The notes beneath the pieces were generated by a model, which made no database searches, had not been told where the DNA came from, and saw only the letters and a list, made by a program, of their open reading frames with translations. This document shows, piece by piece, positions 1-11,600 of a DNA stretch of 64,000 nucleotides. Origin of the DNA: Chiloscyllium plagiosum (lineage: Eukaryota); the NCBI RefSeq assembly GCF_004010195.1, contig NC_057719.1:25320809-25384808 (forward strand), written 5' to 3'. The translations under genes were made by a program, and so were the position numbers. How positions within the stretch are numbered: position 1 is the first letter of the stretch; each line of letters begins with the position of its first letter.

Positions 1-479
1 GAATAAGTTTTTAATTAATTTGTTTGAAGATGCTAAAAGGTAAAGTGAACACGGTTTATTTGGTCAGGAACTTGGATCTCCAACCCACTTGATTCCCAAT
101 GTGTTAGCAAATTAGCTTCCTGCCTCTGGGCCTTTTTCACTAGTGAATGTTTTGTGGGGAGAAGTTTGCAGTGGTGGATACTCACTCAAGCAGCAGATAG
201 ACTTAAGTCAATTAAACAGCCAATTGAAACCACTCTTTTGGTTCTGATAGCTTTATGGGATGCCTGCAGAGTTTGAAGCCTGGCTGATCAATGGATGCCA
301 TATCCTGGCAGCAAACCAAAGATCAGTGCTTTATTACTAATGTTAAATCTTCTCCCCCCCCCCCACTGAAATAACTCTACAGAGGTCAGTATCTCATCAC
401 CAAGTCACCCTTTCGTTACACAGAGTCCTTGACACTGATTCAAGCTCTGAGTGAACAGAATCTCTGACACTTCTGTTTT

Positions 480-1700
480 ATTATATATATTTTATTAAAA
501 CACTACAAAATACAGTTAATAAACAAAGCAGTTCACAAAAAAAATATACAGGGGAAAAGGCAACAAAGCCAAATGTCACTCTTCAACCAGTTTTCAGGGA
601 GAGGAGGACACACCTCAAATCTCACTTGTAAATCATTACAAAGATAACAACAATAACAGTCACAGACAAGACAGACAGTGCATAGAACACAGACCCAATA
701 TAGCTATAGAAAAGAAGACATTTGTCATCTGTCCACACCACACACAGATCAGATGCCTTGGCCCCAACCACCCTGCATACTAACCCAGACCATCCCCCCA
801 GGCCAACCATCAACCCTCCGGCTCCTGACTGCTCAATGTACTAACTAGCCCACTCTGACCTGCACTCAATTACAAAACCCACATACATTAATACAATTCT
901 TAAAATCCTCACAACAGTTTCCAGTACCAAGGCAGAGACCACACCTGAAGACAGAGTCTATTCCAACTAGCAGCAAATGGATACCCTGCAGTGCGCACCC
1001 AGGTGTTCAGTCTCGATGGAGGCCTGATCCATCCATAGAGAACCAAGCCCACTCACAGGAACACAGTACATTGTGAAGCTGCAGTTAACTCACAGGAGTT
1101 TGGTCCACTCCTGAAGGCAGAGTCCACACCACACACACTCAGGTGTTCAGTCTCCACAGAGGCCAGGTCCATTCACAGGAACATGGTACATTGTAAACGC
1201 ACAGTTAATTCACTTGGGGGATAGTCCACTCCTGGATGCAAAGTCCACTTCAGTATGCAGCAATTGCTCACCTCCCAGCACGCACACAGGTGTTCAGTCT
1301 TTACAGAGGCCTAACCATACAGGAACAGCACATCTGGAAAGATGTATTTTCTCACGAGGGCTCAATCCAAACACAAATGAGAAAACATTAAAAAAAAAAC
1401 CTGAGTGCAAGAGCTAAGCCCTGCCACAAAATCAACATACTCTTGAGAAAGGACCAACACACAGCCAGTGAAACAGCAGTTCCCCAATAAGAAATGAGTT
1501 ACGCCAGTAACACATTGACTGACTGACTTTTTTAAACTGGCTGATTTAAACAAAGAGGAATGCCAGTTAACAAACTGGTGATATGATTCAGCCAGTTCAG
1601 AAATCATGTTTTCCCCAAAACAAACAGAAACCAACAGTAGCAGTATGCATTTGATGTGGGCAGCCAGCTCAGAGTCAGTTCCCTCACTGAGGCAAATGGA
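480..1700 (-). mobile_element. Non-coding poly(A)-tailed retroposon 'X', copy 1, inserted in the Gypsy LTR
   Basis: AATAAA plus A-rich tail at the low-coordinate end; internal subrepeats (CAGGTGTTCAGTCT at about 1000, 1140, 1288); homologous to 1867-3036. Confidence 0.6.
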
Positions 1701-1866
1701 GTGTCATTGACACTGATCCAGCTCTGAGAACAGAACCTCTGACACTCCTATTTATTGTTTTTCCCCTGTCACCAAATCACCCTTTATTTACATGTGCACA
1801 TAGACTATCTCTGACCAGCCCAGCTCCAAGCCAATCCCTAGAATGATGAGACTGAATCCCCTGTGT

Positions 1867-3036
1867 ATTTTATTAAACATTACAGTTTATAAACAATTAA
1901 CATTAACAGCTGTATAGAGCAATCAAGGACAAGGAGGCTCAAATCCCACTTTCAGTTTCACAAACGTAACAGTAACAAATACATACAAGACATTCCAATT
2001 AGATAAGAAACAGTGCATAGAATACAGACATCCCCCCTCCCCATCCCCCACCTGAGCAACTCAGCAAGCCACCTGTCCCTCTCACCTTCCAGCCACTCTA
2101 AGGCAGCCTGCCCCATGCCCCATCTGGCTCTCTCCCACCCTAACAACTTGCAGCCACCTCAAGGACAGCCCACCCCGGTATCTGCCAGGGGGTGACAGCA
2201 GTGAGGATGGTCTACCTACCTTTCAGCGCTCTGTCTGTCCCTACATACCATCTGGCTCTCGCCCACCCTGACCTGCCATCCAGCCTGTGAACTGCTTTGA
2301 CACACCTGGCCACCTTGAAGATAGCCCATTCCCTTCCCTGAGATGACGGCGTGCAGAGCCCATTACCATAAACAGTTCTCTTCAAAATGCAGAGTCCATT
2401 CCAGTGTGCAGAATGCATTGTCAGAGATAGAGTGCATTGATGAAGGCTGCAAATACAGACACACAGGTGTTCCTTCTCCATAGAGGCCTGGTTTGTCCAC
2501 AGAAAACCAGGCCTACTCACAAGAACACAGTACATTGGGAGTGAACCACACCTTTACAAATTCCAAGACACAGCAATTGGTCAGCTCCCATCACACACAG
2601 GTGTTCAGTCTTTACAGAGGCCTACCCACAGGAACAGCTCATCTGGAAAGAGGTATTTTCTAACAAGGGCACAGTCCAAACACCAAAAAAGTGAAAACAC
2701 ATTCAAAAAACAAAGTAAACCAAAATGCAAGGGCTAAACCCGCCAGAAAATTAGCATAGTCCTCTTCTCAAAATAAAAAACAAAAGACTAACACACAGGC
2801 TGTAACAACAGTTCCCTAATGAGGGCTGAATTATACCTGAAACACATTGACTGTGTAAATCAGGCAGTTTAGAAATCAGTCCTCAATAAAGAAGGAATAC
2901 CAGTTAACAACCCTGGCTTTGTAAACCAGCCAGTTTAGAAATCCGGTTCTCCCAAAAAAGCAGAAACCAACAGCAGCAGTAACACACTGACTGTGACCCA
3001 GCCAGCGTAGAGTCAGTCCCCTCCCTGACACAAAAT
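1867..3036 (-). mobile_element. Non-coding poly(A)-tailed retroposon 'X', copy 2
   Basis: Same 5' junction and 3' end as copy 1; 2593-3036 aligns clearly with 1283-1700; middle region differs. Confidence 0.6.
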
Positions 3037-3111
3037 AGAGAGTCCTGGACACTGATTCAACTCCCTTAGAGCCAGCTCTCAGATTGAACAGAACCTCTGA
3101 CACTCCTGTTT

Positions 3112-3583
3112 ATTTTAGATTTTTGTTTCTATTTCCCACATGCTACTGCCTAACAGTATTTATTTTACCCCACCACCCATGTTGTGTGTGTGCAGATGTA
3201 GGGCACTGTGAAGACCAACAAATGCATACATCCTTACTTGTATTCCACCACCAGGAAGAAAGGAAATGCCCAAGTGGCCAGTGACTAGTAGTGCCCTTCT
3301 CAACAAATGGCAATGCTGCGTGATCAAAAAGTGAAGGGGGGGGCGGGGTGGATTAAATCAAAATAGAGTTGGACGGGGAAATAAGACACTCCACTCCCTA
3401 CGGTGCCCACCTCTCCCTGAACAGCTCAAGGGTGTTGGTAGATACTGCATGCTCCTTCTCCAGAGACACCCAGGCTCTGATATAACCGCGGAAGAGGGGT
3501 AGGCAGTCAGCCCTAACGACCCCCTCCATGGCCCGCTGCCTGGTCCTGTTTATGGCCAGTTTGGCCAGGCCCAGGAGCAGACA
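3112..3583 (-). mobile_element. Tx1-clade (L1 group) LINE, 3' fragment: ORF2 C-terminus plus 3' UTR and tail
   Basis: LLLGLAKLAINRTRQRAMEG...LFRGYIRAWVSLEKEHAVSTNTLELFRERWAP is typical of Tx1 ORF2 ends; AATAAA and A-rich tail follow. Confidence 0.8.
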
Positions 3584-3826
3584 CACACTTGTTTTTTTTT
3601 AATCAACTCACCCTTGAGTTACATGTGTAGAATCCTTAGCACTGATCCAGTTCCCTCAGAGCCAGCTCTCAGAGTGAAAAGGATGTCTGTCACCCCTGTT
3701 TATCATTTTTTTTCTCTTTCTGTCTTCACACTGATCCAACTCCCTCAGAGCCAGCTCTCAGGGTGAACAGGATGTCTGACTTTTTTTTCTCTTTTTCTCA
3801 GAGTGACAGGATTCTGACACTCCTGT

Positions 3827-4050
3827 TTTTTTTTTGTTTTTCTTCTTTTCCCCTCACACCACCAGCTAACTGCGGTAGCACTTATATTTTCCCCAGCATC
3901 CATGTTGTGTGTGTGCAAGTGTGGGGCACAGTGAAAGACTCAAGGTGTACAAATATTTATTCAATTTCCATTACCGGGAAGAACTAAAACACCCGAGTGA
4001 CCAGTGACAAGCAGTGCCCTTCACAAAGGGCAATGCTGCGTGATCAGACC
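3827..4050 (-). mobile_element. Second Tx1 3' UTR fragment
   Basis: Diverged homolog of 3125-3330; A-rich tail joins the same LTR site. Confidence 0.75.
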
Positions 4051-4084
4051 ATTGGATGAGAGATGATATGGAGCTGTCCTTATA

Positions 4085-4340
4085 TGATGAATACCTCTCA
4101 ACTTTCCCATCTATCCGCTCCACCACACTCTCCGACCTATCACCTTCTCCCCCATCTTCATCTATAATTGCATTCTCAGCTACCATCCCACCCCCCAGGC
4201 CGAACACCTTCCCATTTATCTCTCAGCCCCTCGGCCCACAAGCATCATTCCTAATGAAGGGCTTATGCCTGAAACATCGATTCTCCTGTTCCTCAGATGC
4301 TGCCTGGTCTGCTGTGCTTTTCCAGCACCGCACTGTCAAC
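4085..4340 (+). mobile_element. Penelope-like element 3' tail with degenerate hammerhead (CTAATGA..GAAAC)
   Basis: CCTAATGAAGGGCTTATGCCTGAAACATCGATTCTCCTG...GATGCTGCCTG tail shared with 16250, 40740 and 55600. Confidence 0.8.
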
Positions 4341-7300
4341 TTTAGGAAATACTCAGATTCTCCATTAGTAAATGATAACCCATTATCTGTGACCAATGCT
4401 TTCAAGAGTCCATGTATTGCAAAAGCTGAACGCAGTTTTTCTATCATGGCTCCCGTGTTTGAGGAATGAATGCGATACATGTCTACCCACTTTGAGGGGC
4501 ATCCACAATGAGCCCATGAAACGATTTGCAAAGTTGTCGTGTAATCCGGCTGTTCTCAAGATTAGGGGGAGCTGCTGGTGATAGTTTTGCCCTTGTTGGC
4601 ACTCTGGACACTACCCGCCAATGTGGCTATGTCTGCATCTAATCCTGACCAGACATGAAGTCTCCCCAACTCTTCATTTTGAAAACGCTTGGATGACCCT
4701 GGTGGAGTTCACACAGTATCTGGTGGTGACCTTTGCTTGGGACAATCACTCTTGCTCCCCCATAATAATGGTTGTGATGGCTCTTTTGGTTTCCCCCATC
4801 ACCACTGCCAGCTGTTTCGTCAGGATGAGATCTTTCTGCATCCAAAGTCTGAAATTGTCAGCAGCGATTGGAAGTGTGTCCAGGAAATTTAAAACTATTA
4901 CGGACTCTTCCAGTGGTGGTACCACTGGTGGTGTATCGGCCAGTGGGAGGCAGCTCAATGCACCCTCGTTCACTACTTGCCATCCTGGACTGTGTTCCAA
5001 CTTGCAATTATACCCAGTTAGTATTAGAGCCCACTGCTGAATTCAAATTAAAGCAATTGCTGGCACTGCTTTGTTGTCTTTAAGGAGCCCTACCAGGGGT
5101 TATTACAAATTTACATCAGTAAAGGTATTGGTGGAACTTTCTGACTTCAAATATTACAGCCAAACCTTCCATCTCTAACTGGGCGTATTTACACTCTGCA
5201 TGAGCCAAAGTCCTGGATGCATATGCTATTTGGCATTCCTCCCTACTAGGCCAGCTATGAGCTAATACTATCCTGATGCCATATGGGGACATAGTGCATG
5301 TCAATACTAGATCTCACTTGGGATCTTAGTGTGTCAGCGCATTTAAAGGATGATAGTCATTTTTTCACTTCCCTGAAAGCTATGGCTTGGCTACGCAACC
5401 ATTTCCAAGGCTGACCCTTGTTTAGGAGTTGATGGAAAGGAGCCAGGATGGAACCAGGTTATGTATGACCTTACTGTAATAATCCACCAGCTCAAGGAAA
5501 GTCCTGAGCTCCGGTACAGACTTGGGAGCTGGGGCACCTTTGATCATCATCACTTTATCTTCCAATGGGTGTAACCCTGTTGACTCTGCAGCCCAAGTAG
5601 GTCTCTGGGGTACCTTGAACACATACCTTTTCCTTTCTAAGGCATACACCTGCCTGGGAGAAACATCTCAGCATAAAGTCCAAATTCTCTAAGTGCTCAT
5701 CATTGGCCTTCCCTGCTATTAGCACATCATCTATATAAATAGCGGCCTGGGGTAGACATTGTAAAATATTCTCCATCGTCCATTGAAAACTTGCACAAGC
5801 TGATGATACCCAATTGGCAATCTTGTATATTGGTACAAACCCTTATCGGTATTTAATTGTAGCGTAATTCTGGAAATTCTCATCTAACTGTAATTGCAGG
5901 TACATGTGACTCATGTCCAGTTTCATGAATGACATCCCTCCCTAAAAAAAAAGCTGATTTTGTGTATAGGTCCTCTCTGTGAGGGATTGGGTCTTTATCC
6001 AGTTGTACAAAACTGTTTACCATTTGCTTAAAATCCCCACAAAGCCAAATAGGCCCCTCACGCTTCACCATCGGTACCATTGGTGCTGCCCATTCTGCAA
6101 ACTGGATTGGTTTGATGATTTCTTCACTCTCCAGCCTTCTGATTTCTGCCTCTACTTAAGCAAATGGCCCTGGGCGGGCTTTGCAGAATCATGGAATTAC
6201 TTCCTGGTCAACAGGTAAGGTTACCTTGGCTCCTTTGATAGTCCCTAGACTTTCCTGAAAAGCTGCCTGATATTTAATTAGGACTTCACTCAGGCAGCCA
6301 TTTTCTGAACGAGAAATGTTGAGCTAATCAAGGTGAATCTTTCTCAACTAACTTCGCTCCATCAGGCTTGGGTCTGAACCTTTTAGTACAATCAACGGTT
6401 ACTGAACCAGCTGCTGTTCATAAGAGATGGGAACCAAAGTTGTACCCTTAATCTGTAAAGGTACCCCAGTATAGGTTCTCAGTCTAGCAAAGTCTTGCAC
6501 AAACTTAAGGGTTGGAGTCCAGAATGAATTTTGTTTAAGAACAGAATTGCAATCAATGAAACAGTTGCAATGGTATTGACCTTCAATAGAACTGGGTGAC
6601 CATTTAACCAGACGTTTATTTCGATTGGTTCTGATTTGGATGTTGCTCAGTAATTTAACTGATCCAAACCAGATGTAGGTGGGTGTGCCCTCTCCTAGAT
6701 ACTGGCCTCTGCATTGTCTTAGTCAATTTAGGTCGAGTGAAACTCAGTCGGACTGGCAAGGGTATTCACTTCCATCAGAATACCCTGCAACTCATATGCT
6801 ACATTTGCCGGATTTTCCAATAACAAAGCTAATTCTTGTTTGAACTTCAGTTGGACTTCACCTAGTGGGTGCTTTTGAATGGTTACATTATTAATCCCAC
6901 ATACAAATGGTCTCTCAGCATTTCATTTAGGGTTAAACTAAAGTCACATGCCTCTGCCAGTCATCTTAACAAAATCAAAAAATCAAAATTCCTGTACGAT
7001 TCCATGGTTCTCGAATTGCCAAGTAATCTGATAGCCTCTCAGAATTTGAGGAGGCTTGGGGTCGTAATATTCCTGAACAAAATCTGTCAACTCTTGAAAG
7101 GTTTTTGTATCTTGTGCCTTCGGGAAAGATAGACTCTGGAAAAGTTGTGGGATTATCATTAGCTGTCAGGAGAATTACTCGTTGCTTTTCATCTGCCCCA
7201 CTCATTAAAAATAACACACTCTTTCCACATACTGGGCCCAGTCTTTGATGACAGGGTCGAAAAAGGCAAACTTTCAAAATACTGGCATGATGTCAGAAAT

Positions 7301-9039
7301 GGTTACTCCAACTCAAAGACGACCATTATGAGCAAATTTCTTCAGGAGGGTGCTTTTCTCTCATCACCACTGAAGTAACTCCAGAGAGGCCAGTATCCTG
7401 TCACCAAGTCACCCTTCATTTAGATAGAGAGAGTCCTTGAGACTGATCCAGCTTTCTCAGAGCTGCCTCTCAGAATGAACAGCATATCTGACACTCCAGC
7501 CTTTTTTTCTTTTTTTTCCCCCTTGATTTACGTGTCCCAAGTAGGTAGGCTCTGACCAGGCAACTCAAAGCCAGTGACAGTCCTGCTCTTATCAGTCAGC
7601 TAGGGCTCCTTGATTGGGGCTGTTAATCAGTTCCAGTCAGGGAACTCATTCTGAGGTCCACCTGGCTGATCTCATCACAATCCATACATCCACAAACCAC
7701 TGGCCACAGGTAGCCCCGCATAAGGGCGGTCTGTATCGGTGGCTACTTTTTTATTTTGAATGCATTTCTGAAGGAGCCTTCATCTTGAGATGCCCTCACT
7801 TTCTCTTCCCTTCATCAACAATTCCTTACTGACAATTTTGGGTGGGAATCTTTCCTTGATGGAAGTTTCCTTTTGGCCCTCAGAAGCCCACTGCAGTTCT
7901 AATTTGGAGAGTAACCTCCCCTTTTTTATCTACTATTTAGTACAAAATCTGGACATGGAAGTGCTCCTGATGTCAGAGTCTGAACCCAAAGACAAAAATT
8001 CAGCCAACTGTCTTTGAATTGCTGCAATGCTTAATTGGTTCAACCAATCAATAATCTTTATCAATCATACTCTCCAGACCTCAATTCCAGAAATTACCTT
8101 AATTTCAGCAGTAAAGCTCCTGAATTAAAACTGGCTGCAAATTAAAACATTCATTGTACAGGGCCTTTCACAAGCTCAAAGTATGTCAAAGAATTTTACA
8201 GCTATTTTAGCACTTTTGAAATATATTTACTGTTGTAGGAATAAATTGTTTTATCCTAAAATTTGTACCTGGTTCTCTTGCTTGTGCAGGCAAGATTGGA
8301 ATCAGATATGCTTGACTAATCCAGTAATTACTACATGGGTAATTCTGCAAACCACACACCAGGCTCCTGAGAAGACAAAATTTCACATTTATTGTTAGTA
8401 TTTAATATCTTTATTAAGAGGCACAAGTGAATAATCTTGCAAGTCACATAACTTGAAGAATCAGCAAAATGAGCTGAGCAATGGCCAAAGTCCCGGAGCA
8501 AGAATATACTGTGTGGTGTATCTTTGAACCACTATTCAATGTGTGATTGCAGGAGGATACAGAATATATGAAAGCAGAGGGTTGAAAATGAGGGGTAAAA
8601 CTATAAGAATACCTCCTCCACAATGGTCCATTCCTCAAATTGATGGCATTATCAAATCAAGAAAAAGAAGTTACAGGCTGTTCCAATCCCTGGCTTTAAA
8701 TATAATGCCGATAAATAGAAAGGATAAGTATATCAAAAAAGCTGAAGATAAAACCAAAATTATTTAACTTCAATATTTTATTTCAAACTTTGGATTCATT
8801 TGGGTCCCATTCATTTATAAATTGCATTGACGTATTATTCCAATTTTAATTGTAACATGGTCGTATAGCATGTATTTCAGTTGCCCTAAGGATCATTCTT
8901 TGCAATGTAAAGGACCTTTTTATATCTCTTTTGTATTCATCCGTGTAAACTAATCTTGAGTGTCAGTCACTGGGCATGACTGGACGACAACCAGTTTGGG
9001 GTGATGGGATGCTTTGTTTGCCAACTTACTCTTCAAAGA

Positions 9040-9370
9040 GATAATGGCAAAGTGGTGATGTCACTATATTAGTAAACTAAAAGCCTAGGCTAATGCCCTG
9101 GGGCCATAGGTTCAAATCTCACCATGGTAGATAAATAAATCTGCAATTATAATGCCTCATCAGTGAGGTGCCCATGGGACTATACATTTATGTCATAATT
9201 TTAAAAGATCTAATGCACGAATGTCCTTCAGGGAAGGAAATCTGCCATCCTTACCTGGTCTGACCTACACGTGATGCAAGAGCAATGTATTTTGACTCTT
9301 AACTGCTGTGGCAAATGACAGTTCAGTTCAGGGGAATTGGAGATGGGCAGCAAATGCTAGTTATACCCAG
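9040..9370 (+). mobile_element. tRNA-derived SINE (family also at 46480-46855 and 55320-55880, both minus)
   Basis: A/B-box-like head (GGTTCAAATC); body TGTCCTTCAGGGAAGGAAATCTGCCATCCTTACCTGGTCTG; LINE-like tail GATGGGCAGCAAATGC. Confidence 0.75.
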
Positions 9371-10309
9371 TCCATTATAGAATAAATAAAATAAAACAAA
9401 AAAACAGGATAAGGAACATAATGGGTTGGTATGTAGGAAAACACTGACTGGCATTCCCACCAATTTGACTGACCTACCAGATAGTCTCCTACAACTGTCC
9501 AACACATGAAGAACTAAATACCAAGTTGGTAGATGGCAAAGCAAAGAACTTGACTCTGTTCTGTCCCCTGTCATTCTGCAGGCTCACGAGCCCTGGCACT
9601 GCTGTCTCCATACCCGTTGCAGTTTGCACGTGAAGCAATCACTTAATTGTCTGTCATTACCTATAGGACACTGCAATGTCTTCTGACAAATGCAGGAACT
9701 TAGCAAAGCAACTCCAACAACATACCTGTGTCTTCCAGTCACTTTGCAGAATAAACCATTGCAAAAAAGGTAACTGGGCTGCATTCCATGTGCCTGGCTA
9801 TTTAATTATGGCCCATTTTGCTACTTTGCATTTCTGTAGTAGAAACGTAGGCATGCCAGGATGTGTATTTTCCAAATTTGGGTTCCTGGTGTTAAATCGG
9901 TCTGGTGGTCTGTTTGAGGCCAAGATTGCACCCATCGGCTTGTTTGGGCACATGCAGCACAGGCAGATAACCTTGTAGACAGCCAGGCCCACAAAACTAC
10001 ATGCTGCTGAGCATATGTACTTTGCGTTCTGTTTCTCTATACAAGAGTTCTTCAGTCTGAATGGCTGAAGGGTCATACAGTTGCTTGCCCTATTTAACAG
10101 GACCCCATACCCTTGTAGAAATCCATTCTTTTACAGATTCCTAATTATTGTAAGTTGCAGCAAACAAGCCCTATGAAGGCCTGTGTGTATATGAAGTGTA
10201 ATGAGCTGGTAATTCATCACTGGCTGTAAAATCCTGGCCAATAGGCATGAGATGGTAAATAAACAGGGAAAAGGGCAAACACCTTGATCAAGAGGTAGCT
10301 GAAGATATC

Positions 10310-10720
10310 GTGTGACTTAGAATACTGTGAGCAGGTCTGGCTGCCATACCTTAGGAAGGATATGTTAGCCTTGGAGGGAATACAACTTAGGTTTACTAAA
10401 ATGATACTTGGAGTTCAGATATTAAGTTATGAGGATAAAGTGTTGACCTGGTTGAAGTCCTCATGATAGTTGTGGGGATAGACCAGGTAGATAAGCAATT
10501 TGCACTGATTGGGGATTCTAGGACCAAGTCTAAAAATTAGAGCCAGACAGTTCAGGAGAGATGTTAGGAAGCGCTTCTACACTCAAAAAGTGGTAAAACG
10601 TTAGAACATTTTTTCCACAAATGGCAGTTGACACTACATTAGTTATTAGTTTTAAATCTGAGTGTGTTTTTTTTTGTTAAGCAATGGCATTGAGGGAAAT
10701 GGGTCAAAGGCAGGTAGAAT
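10310..10720 (+). mobile_element. CR1 LINE 3' fragment
   Basis: LEYCEQVWLPYLRKDMLALEG-like RT C-terminus, degenerate. Confidence 0.75.
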
Positions 10721-10749
10721 TGTAGAAATGATACAACACAAAAGACACC

Positions 10750-11600
10750 TAGGTGTCCTTTCTAATCCCATCTTTCCACTTACGGCCCACAGCCCTGCAG
10801 TTTACAGTACCCAAGGTGCAAATCCAGTTATTTTTTTAAAAACTGTTTAGGGTCTCTACCTCCACCACCAACTCGGGCAGTTTATTCCAGACACCCACCA
10901 TCCTCTGCACAAAAAAGTTTTTCCTTATGACCCCTCTAATCTTTATGCCACTTAGCTTGAATCTATGAACCCTGTTTTTGTTTTGGCATCTCTGCCAAGG
11001 GAAACAGTTTCCTCCAGTCTACTCTATTTCTACCCCTCACAATGTTGTACTTGTTGGTCTTTAGCCTTCCCTGTTCCAAGGAAAACACACCATCCTCTGC
11101 ACAAAAAAGTTTTTCCTTATGACCCCTCTAATCTTTATGCCACTTAGCTTGAATCTATGAACCCTGTTTTTGTTTTGGCACTCTCTGCCAAGGGAAACAG
11201 TTTCCTCCAGTCTACTCTATTTCTACCCCTCACAATGTTGTATTTGTTGGTCTTTAGCCTTCCCTGTTCCAAGGAAAACAACATTAACCTCTCTAATTTC
11301 TCCTCATAGCTACAATTAGCTGGGCCTGGCAAAAATCTAGTAAATCTCTGCACTCTCCCAAGTCCTCACTGTAATATAGTTACCAGAACTGTACACAATA
11401 CTTCAGTTGTAGACTCACCGGTACCTTATACAGTTTCATCATTATAACCCTGCTTTTGTATTCTAATACTCTGCCAATGAAGGAGAATATTCCATATGCT
11501 TTGCAACCTGATCTAACTGTTCTGTTACATTTAAGAAACAGTGTAGCTTGCATGCCAAGGTCTCTCACTTCATCTACTTCTATCACTTTATCCCATTTAT
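10750..11600 (-). mobile_element. CR1 LINE 3' fragment with an internal tandem duplication
   Basis: ORF remnants KAYGIFSFIGRVLEYKSR..LKYCVQFW and QRFTRFLPG..YEEKLERL.LFSLEQGRL. Confidence 0.85.

Larger units (their letters stand above)
367..7688 (-). mobile_element. Decayed Ty3/Gypsy LTR retrotransposon: 5' LTR 7371-7688, PBS 7358-7369, gag about 7290-6750, protease about 6600, RT about 6080-5550, RNase H about 5300-5100, integrase about 4850-4340, disrupted 3' LTR ending at 367
   Basis: Frameshifted motifs DWAQYVER, ADEKQRVILLTA, LCGDFK, YIDDVLIAG, IAYASRTL..AE..YAQLE.EGLA, LVTDNG; LTR TG...CA; PBS TGGTGATGAG (likely CpG-decayed TGGCGACGAG); possible TSD CCCAC/TCCAC. Confidence 0.9.

Noticed and set aside
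367..3830. CRISPR-like repeat/spacer array
   Set aside because: Vertebrate context; repeats are degenerate LTR pieces, spacers range from tens of bp to over 1 kb with poly(A) tails, and there are no cas genes.
4056..4469. 137-aa plus-strand ORF
   Set aside because: Chance read-through across a Penelope tail and antisense Gypsy integrase.
8540..8830. Possible L1 ORF2 C-terminus (PPPQW, FIWVPF)
   Set aside because: Too little similarity to support a call.
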